NCBI GenBank assembly: GCA_965203175.1
Contig: OZ241867.1
Location: forward strand, 3,424,001-3,488,000
Direction: 5' to 3'
Length of the DNA stretch: 64,000 bases
Origin: Candidatus Latescibacterota bacterium
GTDB lineage: Bacteria > Latescibacterota > UBA2968 > UBA8231
The notes under the pieces were generated by a model. It was not told the DNA's origin and ran no database searches. It saw only the letters and a list, made by a program, of their open reading frames with translations. Shown piece after piece: positions 56,929-64,000 of this stretch. Position 1 is the first letter of the stretch; the number at the start of each line of letters is the position of its first letter. The position numbers and the translations under genes were made by a program.

Positions 56929-58749
56929 ATGGCCTACGTATCTATTGCCGCTAAGACCTGCAAAAATCCGCCTCATTGGGCCGTGCGCCAGCGCGACTTG
57001 ATCGCCTTGATGGACCGCGCCGCTCACCCCTTTGTCGAACACAGTACCCGTCCGGACGGCACCCTGATTCAGCGCACGGAGTGGACCAGCATGGACGGTA
57101 CGGACAATGGCTACGAGGCCTTCCTATCGTTCCCCCTGTTTTACCTGCTGGGCGGCGGCGAGCACATCTATCAGATCGCCTGCAAAGAGTGGGACGCCAT
57201 CACTTGGCAGTACGCCAATTACGGCACGGTCGAGCGCGAGTTTGTCACTGGCTTTGACTGGTTCCACCACTCCGAAAGCTATACCTACATCTACTATTTG
57301 GCGCTGGCCGATCCCGCCCATCTCATCAACCGCACCCGCGCCCTGCGCTACGCTGCCATGTACACTGGTGATGATCCGCTGGCACCCAATTGGGACGCGC
57401 AACGCAAAATGATCCGCTCGCCGCTCAACGGCAGCAAGGGCCCGCGCTTTGTCACCACCCAAGTCGATTGGGATTACCACCGACCCATCCTAGCCGACTA
57501 CCTAGCGCCTTTTGAGGACATTCCAGGTGCCGACAGCTCCGACCCGCTCTTCAAGGTCGATTGGACGGACGACGAAGTATTCGCCCGGGTCCTCGACTTG
57601 ATTAACAAGCGCATGACCCGTTGCGATGTGCCCCTCAACCTGAGTGTCGCCAGCTTGATAACCAACGCCTATCTCTACACTGGCGACGACCAATACAAAA
57701 CTTGGGTGCTCGATTATTTGCAGGCGTGGGAGGAGCGCTGCGCGGCCAACGGCGGCATTATGCCCGACAATATTGGCCCCGAGGGAACCATTGGCGAGTT
57801 GATGGATGGCAAGTGGTGGGGCGGGTACTACGGCTGGCGCTGGCCACACGGAGCGCGCAATATTGTCGAGCCGGCGCTAGTGGCCGGCAGTTGCGCCCTG
57901 CTGATGACCGGCGATGATGCCCATTTGGACTTGGCTCGCTCGCAGCTCGACATGCTGTGGGAACTGCGGCGCGAGGAGGACGGCCGCGTCAAGGTACCAG
58001 CCCGCCATGGCGACCAAGGCTGGTTTGATTTTCGACCGCCCGACCCCTACTTGTACATCCATTTATACTACTTGAGCCAGAGCGAACGGGATTTGGCTCG
58101 CCTCGATGCAGCCTTTCCCGACCGCGCCGCTTTTTCCGGTCTGCCCCCTGACTGGGGCGCTGCCAAAGCTGGCATATGCCCGCCGACGGCTTGGTTCGCC
58201 TTTACCGAAGGCAAAAACCCAGGCTACGTCGATCAGGTGGTTGACTCGACCTACTCTAGCATCTGCCACAGCCTAGATCGCCTAGAGAACGACGACAGCG
58301 ATCCCGAAACGCGCGAGTGCTATCACTTCCAGAGACTCAATCCCGTGTTGCCCGAAGCCCTGATCCAGATGGCCTTGGGCACGCCTTCGGCGATCTACAA
58401 CGGCGGGATGCTCCAGGCCCATGTGCACTATTTCGACCCGCAGCGCCGTCGTCCTGGTCTGCCCGAGTACGTCGCGGCCTTAGTCGATCGAGTCAGCGCC
58501 GACGGAGTTAGTCTGACGCTGGTGAATACGGACCCAGTGGAAGGCCGCAATGTTCTGTTGCAGGCCGGTTCCTTTGGCGAGCACCAATTCACTAAGGCTC
58601 AACTAGAGAACGAAAACGGCCAAGATCAGTCCATTGAGGTAGAGGATCGGTACCTCCAGGTGCATTTGGGGCCAGCGGCTCAGGCCCATTTGCACCTTGG
58701 GCTGAAGCGCTTTGCCCACCGGCCCTCCTACAGTTCCCCACTTCGCTAG
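56929..58749 (+). CDS. Conserved hypothetical protein (606 aa, possible alpha/alpha-toroid enzyme)
   Basis: AGGAGG SD; motifs DG.DNGYE.F, DWFHHSE, PDNIG..G, WWGGYYGWRWPHG; no family recognised with certainty. Confidence 0.8.
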   Translation: MAYVSIAAKTCKNPPHWAVRQRDLIALMDRAAHPFVEHSTRPDGTLIQRTEWTSMDGTDNGYEAFLSFPLFYLLGGGEHIYQIACKEWDAITWQYANYGTVEREFVTGFDWFHHSESYTYIYYLALADPAHLINRTRALRYAAMYTGDDPLAPNWDAQRKMIRSPLNGSKGPRFVTTQVDWDYHRPILADYLAPFEDIPGADSSDPLFKVDWTDDEVFARVLDLINKRMTRCDVPLNLSVASLITNAYLYTGDDQYKTWVLDYLQAWEERCAANGGIMPDNIGPEGTIGELMDGKWWGGYYGWRWPHGARNIVEPALVAGSCALLMTGDDAHLDLARSQLDMLWELRREEDGRVKVPARHGDQGWFDFRPPDPYLYIHLYYLSQSERDLARLDAAFPDRAAFSGLPPDWGAAKAGICPPTAWFAFTEGKNPGYVDQVVDSTYSSICHSLDRLENDDSDPETRECYHFQRLNPVLPEALIQMALGTPSAIYNGGMLQAHVHYFDPQRRRPGLPEYVAALVDRVSADGVSLTLVNTDPVEGRNVLLQAGSFGEHQFTKAQLENENGQDQSIEVEDRYLQVHLGPAAQAHLHLGLKRFAHRPSYSSPLR

Positions 58750-59417
58750 GCAAATACGAGCGGCTGATAAAAGTCCGGCTGATGGAAGCTGGGTTCGGGT
58801 GTATCTACTCGTGCCCACGTGCCCCAGTGGGGGTGGGAGGTGCGGTCGCCGCATTTGTAGAAGTTGCCCTTCCACTGGGTGCCGGGTACTGGTGTCTGGG
58901 CTCCGAAGTACTGGGCGAAGAGGGCAAAGGGGACGCGGTACTCGACCGCCCAAGTCGTGGGGGTGGTGCGCTCTGGCTCGACGATCTTGGGGAGGGTTGT
59001 GGCGATGCGGATGGTGGCACCGTCGGCATCGCTGACGTTTTCGGTCTCGCGACCTTGGGTGCGTTCCGCAACTGAAGGGCAGCGGTACAAGAGCATGGTA
59101 CCGCCGCAATTGACCTCGAAATTGAAGTAAGCCTGTGAGTCGGGCAGGGGGGCGACGAAAAACTCGACGCAGGAATCGGTGCAGACTGAATCTTGGAAGT
59201 GCTCGGCCACAGCGCGGACGTAGCGATCCTCGACGCGGAAGATAATGGATAGTGCCCGCTCGTCGTAGAGCACGCGCGCCTGAGTGCGGGGACGGTGGCC
59301 GGAATCCTCCCAGGGAAAGAGGGTGATTTCTAAAGTCTCGGCCGCTTGCCACTGGGGACGCTCCCAATCGGCGTCGGGAAGGTCGAGGTTGTCGGTGCGA
59401 TGAATGGTGTATTGCAT
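58746..59417 (-). CDS. Carbohydrate-binding family 9-like protein
   Basis: DSCVEFF, YFNFEVNCGG, WKGNFYKCGD.T.HPHW, SFHQPDF. Confidence 0.85.
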   Translation of the reverse strand: MQYTIHRTDNLDLPDADWERPQWQAAETLEITLFPWEDSGHRPRTQARVLYDERALSIIFRVEDRYVRAVAEHFQDSVCTDSCVEFFVAPLPDSQAYFNFEVNCGGTMLLYRCPSVAERTQGRETENVSDADGATIRIATTLPKIVEPERTTPTTWAVEYRVPFALFAQYFGAQTPVPGTQWKGNFYKCGDRTSHPHWGTWARVDTPEPSFHQPDFYQPLVFA

Positions 59418-59561
59418 GGCAGACATAATACGCAATGGCGAAGCCGCGTGAAAGTGGCTCCGTACTGTTTGACGGGGAGTATGGTCTCCAGTATTTTCCT
59501 AGCAACTTGTGGAGCGACCAGCAACTGGTTGCTGGTCGCCTTTTTGCGAAAGGGATACACG

Positions 59562-62500
59562 TTGCGCCGAGCGATTTTTTCCGCCATTGCCGCGCTGTTC
59601 CTCGCCGGAGCGGCCCAGGCCCAGATAAAAACCATCGTCACCGATCACTTCCGGGTCCATTACACGCTTGGAGCTGAGGGCACCGCGCGTCGCGTAGCCG
59701 AAACCTGCGAGGAGGTCTTTCCCACCCTTGCGGCGGCCTACGATTACTACGACGACTTCCGCACCATCCACGTCATCGTCCTCGACAACTCCGACGTGCT
59801 GGGCAACGGCTGGGCCAACTACTACAGCAATACCATGGCCATTTGGGCCACTAGCCTCGACTTTGAGCTGCGCGGCAGTCACGATTGGATTAAAAACGTG
59901 GTCACGCACGAGCTGACGCACATTATGACGCTCAACAAGGCGCGCAAGAAATGGCCCTTCCAGTTCGCGCTGCTCTCGGTCTCGCGCTTCGACTCTAATC
60001 CAGACATTAGGTTTATGTTCCCGCTGTACCATCTCAACGCACCGCGCGGCTGGACCGAGGGTATCGCCCAGTACGGGGCGCAAAAATTCGGTTACGACTC
60101 TTGGGATTCGCACCGCGACATGTTGCTGCGGATGGCGGTGCTGGAAGACGACCTGCTCTCGTGGGAGGAAATGGGGACGGTCTGGGACCGCATGGGCAAG
60201 TTCTACGGCGAGTTCGTGTACAATCAGGGCTACGCCATGATGGTGTACATCCACGAGCAGTACGGCGCTGAGAAAGTCGATGAACTGACGCATCAGATCG
60301 GCTCGATGAGCTTCGACCCGGCCATTCGTCGGGTGTTGGGCATTTCCGCCGACCAGTTTTACGCGGATTGGGTCGCCTTCTTGGCCGAGAATTACGGCCG
60401 CCTCGAGTCCGAGATTCGCGGGCAGGGCTTCTTTGAGGGCATGCCGCTGGACGAGGTCAACGAGGGCGTGCTCGAATATCATCCCGCGCTGTCGCCGGAC
60501 GGCAAAAAACTGGCGTACCTCACCAGCGAGAAGCGGGACTATGGGATCACGGTACTCAAAATCTACGATTTCGAGACGCGAAAAAAGACCGAGCTCAAAA
60601 ACTGGATAGATACGCGGATTAGCTGGTCACCCGACGGGGAGGAGATCGTCTTTGTCCGCAACAAGGGTGGCTTTAACGACCTCTATATCTACAACTTGGC
60701 CGAGGACAAGGAGCGCCGCATCAGCGCTAGGCTGCGCGCCAAAGACCCCTCGTTTTCCCCTGATGGCCAGCGCATCGCCTTTGTGCACAATGAAGACGGG
60801 ACCAACAACCTCGGCCTCATAGACCGCGACGGCACGGACTTGGTCTATCTGACGAACAACAACGATGCCACTCAATACATGGGGCCGCGCTTCTCGCCCG
60901 ACGGCGAGTGGCTGCTCTTTAGCGTGTTCCGCGGCGAGGACCGCGACATTGCGATGATTCGCGCCGATAGCCCGCCGCGGCCAAAGATCTTTGAGAAGAC
61001 GAAAAAGAAAAAGAAGAGCGAAGACGAAGAAGACGGAGAAAACGGAGAAGACGAGGAGGAGACCATCGACGTCTTTCCCGATACGGTTGCCTTCGCTCAT
61101 CCCGACTCGTCGGGGTTCCGCGCGCTCGTCGCCTCGTCGGCCGACGAGCGCGATCCGCATTGGCTGCCCGATGGCTCGGGTTTTGTATTTTCGTCGGACC
61201 AGAGCGGCATTTTCAACATCTACCGCTATCGCTTGGAAAACGACGAAATCGAACAGCTAACCAACGTCATCGGCGGGGCTTTTGTGCCGACTGTAGCCGC
61301 CGACGGGAGCGTGGTGTACAGTGGCTACCGCTCCAACGACTATAGTCTCTATCGCTTCGAAATGGGCGAATACGAACGCGATGCGCACTTCGAGCCGGTG
61401 GTGATGCGCGACTATCGCTCCATCTTCGACGGCCTCAAGCTCGCCGATCAGTTCCAGATCTCGACGTACAGAGGGCGCAACGTCTTGCGCTACATCCCGA
61501 TTCTACAGGTCGGCCCCACGTATGTTGGCAACACTTTTGGCCTCAATCAAGCCAGCGGCGGCTTGCAGTTTACCACGGGCGACATGTTCGGCGGGCAAGA
61601 ACTGACTGCTTGGGGCATTGCGGGCAAGAACATACGAAGAGCCACAGATCTCAATACGGATGTCGGCTTCTTCTACGAGCGCCGGCTCCGGCCGCAAGTG
61701 GGTAACAACCGGACCTTCAACCCCTCGTTTTACATAGCGGGCCGACGGCGCGAGATCGACAACTTGATCAAGGACAGCCAGGTCACGGTCGATACGCTCG
61801 GGGTGGGCAATATCTATCCGGTCCCAGTCGATTCGGTCACGAGCTTGCTCATCCCGGCGGCCCAGCAATACGTCTATCAGGGCATTAGTCGCCATGATCT
61901 GTTCAAGACCGCCTTGGGGCAACTCGCCGTGGGCGTCGATGTGCCGATGACCCGGCGCACCGAGTTGAACGCCCTCTACATATGGCGCAACTACTCCGAG
62001 GGCTGGTCCTTGCGCCACTTCCGCAGCCAGAACCAGATCTATGTTGGACAGCAGAAATATTCAGACTCAGACACTACTATGTACGACGTGTCGGCTATCT
62101 TAGACCCGGCGCTTTTGGCCCAAGACACCCTGTTGGTTAACAACGAGGATCCGCTGAAATTCTACGGCGATCTCAGCTTTTTTCGCACGCATATGTTGAG
62201 CATGTCTTGGCGCTACCGGAAGATCAACCCCACGGCCGACCGGTTGATCAGCCCATCGGGTCGCGCCATGGCCTTAGTCTATCGCTATTTGATGCCGACG
62301 GTAGCCGATTCGCTAGCCGAGCAAACACCCACCGATGGAGTCCCCCGCGACCAGTTCGCCGGCGTCGAGCGCCGCATGCGGGTCAACGAATACATCGCTG
62401 CATACAACGAGCGAATCAAGTTGCCGTTAGATAATTCGCTCAACATCGAGCTAATTGGCGCGTACAAAAACATCCGGGTCAAGCCTTACCCTATCCAGGA

Positions 62501-62966
62501 TGGCGGGTTTTTCGAGGGTCGCTACTACTGGCCCCTGCGATACTATATCGGCGGGCGCAACTTCCTCAGCGGCTACCCCTATTTCACCGATTCGGGTACC
62601 AAATTGCTCTACGCCCGCGTCGGCTACGGATTTCCGATCCTCAAGCGCATCAGCAGCCGCTTTATCAACTTCAACTTTTCCAAGCTCTACGCCGAGCTGT
62701 TCGCCGAAGCCGGGGCGGTGGGCAACTTCTCGCGCTTTGAGGATATTGACTTCTGGTCGGGCGAGCGATGGCGATCTTTGCCCAATACCGACAAATTCCT
62801 GACCAACGTGGGCGGCGAGTTGCGGCTACAGCTTTTTACCTTCTACCGCATCCCCATGTTCGCCTATTTCCAAGTGGCGCATCCGCTCAATCGCGACCGG
62901 GTTTCCAGCGGCGAGGACGCCCCCCTGATCGACAAGTGGCGCTACTACTTTGGGTTCGGACTGTGA
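59562..62966 (+). CDS. Secreted zincin-like + PD40/TolB beta-propeller + C-terminal beta-barrel protein
   Basis: Signal peptide (AQA); HELTH...EG.A; SPDG repeats; BamA-like end YYFGFGL; start estimated at TTG 59562. Confidence 0.8.
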   Translation: MRRAIFSAIAALFLAGAAQAQIKTIVTDHFRVHYTLGAEGTARRVAETCEEVFPTLAAAYDYYDDFRTIHVIVLDNSDVLGNGWANYYSNTMAIWATSLDFELRGSHDWIKNVVTHELTHIMTLNKARKKWPFQFALLSVSRFDSNPDIRFMFPLYHLNAPRGWTEGIAQYGAQKFGYDSWDSHRDMLLRMAVLEDDLLSWEEMGTVWDRMGKFYGEFVYNQGYAMMVYIHEQYGAEKVDELTHQIGSMSFDPAIRRVLGISADQFYADWVAFLAENYGRLESEIRGQGFFEGMPLDEVNEGVLEYHPALSPDGKKLAYLTSEKRDYGITVLKIYDFETRKKTELKNWIDTRISWSPDGEEIVFVRNKGGFNDLYIYNLAEDKERRISARLRAKDPSFSPDGQRIAFVHNEDGTNNLGLIDRDGTDLVYLTNNNDATQYMGPRFSPDGEWLLFSVFRGEDRDIAMIRADSPPRPKIFEKTKKKKKSEDEEDGENGEDEEETIDVFPDTVAFAHPDSSGFRALVASSADERDPHWLPDGSGFVFSSDQSGIFNIYRYRLENDEIEQLTNVIGGAFVPTVAADGSVVYSGYRSNDYSLYRFEMGEYERDAHFEPVVMRDYRSIFDGLKLADQFQISTYRGRNVLRYIPILQVGPTYVGNTFGLNQASGGLQFTTGDMFGGQELTAWGIAGKNIRRATDLNTDVGFFYERRLRPQVGNNRTFNPSFYIAGRRREIDNLIKDSQVTVDTLGVGNIYPVPVDSVTSLLIPAAQQYVYQGISRHDLFKTALGQLAVGVDVPMTRRTELNALYIWRNYSEGWSLRHFRSQNQIYVGQQKYSDSDTTMYDVSAILDPALLAQDTLLVNNEDPLKFYGDLSFFRTHMLSMSWRYRKINPTADRLISPSGRAMALVYRYLMPTVADSLAEQTPTDGVPRDQFAGVERRMRVNEYIAAYNERIKLPLDNSLNIELIGAYKNIRVKPYPIQDGGFFEGRYYWPLRYYIGGRNFLSGYPYFTDSGTKLLYARVGYGFPILKRISSRFINFNFSKLYAELFAEAGAVGNFSRFEDIDFWSGERWRSLPNTDKFLTNVGGELRLQLFTFYRIPMFAYFQVAHPLNRDRVSSGEDAPLIDKWRYYFGFGL

Positions 62967-63112
62967 AACGCGAAGATCGTCAGGCGGGCAAAGTCGATTT
63001 GCACAAGCTAGCCTTGCGGCTCAAGGTGATAGAAATGATCGGCATCTACGCTCACCGCCGCCGCCTCGACGAGGCCTATTTGCGCTGGTATCGCTTGATC
63101 CAGCCCAACTGA
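62963..63112 (+). CDS. Possible 49-aa small protein
   Basis: GTGA overlap with the upstream stop; ends 3 bp from the convergent gene. Confidence 0.35.
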   Translation: MKREDRQAGKVDLHKLALRLKVIEMIGIYAHRRRLDEAYLRWYRLIQPN

Positions 63113-63115
63113 TCT

Positions 63116-63640
63116 TCAAGTTCGGTCTTGTTGCAAGATCCTGAGCGCGAGCTGAGCGTAGCTCAAGCTGGAGACGACGACCAAGGCCGCTGCTGTCATG
63201 ACTAGTCCTGTGCGCAAGCTAGCCGGGATCTCGATGACGTAGCTGAGGGCCGTGAGCACCATGCAGAGGGTCGTGTATTTACCCCAGCGATTGGCGGCAA
63301 TGACCAGCCCTTGTGAACGCAAGAGCAATCCCCCCACTAGTACGATTCCCAAATCGCGGACAAAGAGCATCCCCAAGAGCCACAGCGGCAAATCGCGCCA
63401 GAGGACTAACCCGCCGAGCAGGCAGGTGAGGAAAATTTTATCGGCCAGTGGGTCGAGTATCTTGCCGAGGCGGGAGACTTGGTTGTAGCGCCGCGCCACC
63501 CAGCCGTCGCCGATGTCCGTGATACCGGCAATGAGCAGTAGGAGCACGGCTTGGAGTTGGGCCGTCGGCCCTTGGGCGATGAAGTAGAGTAGAAAGGGGA
63601 TGAGCAGAACCCGCAGGACGCTGAGGAAATTGGCCAACAT
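63116..63640 (-). CDS. CDP-alcohol phosphatidyltransferase (PgsA-like)
   Basis: NFLSVLR, TDIGDGWVARR...G..LDPLADK. Confidence 0.9.
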   Translation of the reverse strand: MLANFLSVLRVLLIPFLLYFIAQGPTAQLQAVLLLLIAGITDIGDGWVARRYNQVSRLGKILDPLADKIFLTCLLGGLVLWRDLPLWLLGMLFVRDLGIVLVGGLLLRSQGLVIAANRWGKYTTLCMVLTALSYVIEIPASLRTGLVMTAAALVVVSSLSYAQLALRILQQDRT

Positions 63641-63647
63641 TGCCGGG

Positions 63648-64000
63648 CTATCGCAGCATTTCGCGGGCGTGTTGGCGCGCCGTATCCGAAATGGTCTCGC
63701 CAGCCAACAGATAGGCAATTTCTTCGGCGCGGGCCTTGGCGTCGAGTAGCACGACCTCGGTAGTGGTCCGCTGTTGTTCCTGCTGCTTGCGCACTGAAAA
63801 GTGTTGGTCGGCGAGGCTGGCAATCTGCGGCAGGTGGGTGATGACGATGGTTTGGCGCGCTGCGGAGAGGGCTTGTAGTTTGCGGCCAACGGCCGCGGCG
63901 ATGCGCCCCGAGATCCCGGCGTCGATTTCGTCAAAGACCAAAGTCGAAACGAGGTCGCGCCCGGCGACTGCTTCCTTGAGGGCGAGCATTACGCGCGAAA
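63648..64000 (-). CDS. recN: DNA repair protein RecN, C-terminal part
   Basis: MLALK, LVFDEIDAGISG, ITHLPQIA, EIA.LLAG. Confidence 0.95.
   Translation of the reverse strand, partial: SRVMLALKEAVAGRDLVSTLVFDEIDAGISGRIAAAVGRKLQALSAARQTIVITHLPQIASLADQHFSVRKQQEQQRTTTEVVLLDAKARAEEIAYLLAGETISDTARQHAREMLR

Overview
Bacterial window, probably from an FCB-related candidate lineage such as Latescibacterota (inferred from gene families, not tested). (1) 1-16.7 kb is a defence island at the 3' end of tRNA-Lys(CTT). It carries a complete single-strand DNA phosphorothioation locus resembling sspA / sspBCD-sspFGH, driven by a symmetric bidirectional promoter. Between it and the tRNA lie two diverged copies of a structured ~170-200 bp element (terminator, UUCG hairpin, integrase arm-like repeats). 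(2) 16.8-29.2 kb is a GC-rich metabolic region: PhyH dioxygenases, NupC transporter, a broken TonB receptor, MFS, and a DegT-HpcH-dipeptidase-like-PhyH(HxG)-unknown operon. (3) 29.3-54 kb is a lower-GC block of envelope and secreted-protein genes. Its core (36.3-48.3 kb) is an uncharacterised six-gene unit: a secreted protein with a C-terminal SWGxIK tag, an internal terminator, three paralogues sharing a WSxWS module and a T9SS/FlgD-like C-terminal domain, a 902-aa predicted outer-membrane beta-barrel, and a PPIase lipoprotein. This is my best candidate for an undescribed surface-assembly or secretion system. (4) 54-64 kb holds enzymes, a zincin-PD40-barrel protein, pgsA-like and partial recN. 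All calls come from motif reading; no database searches were run.
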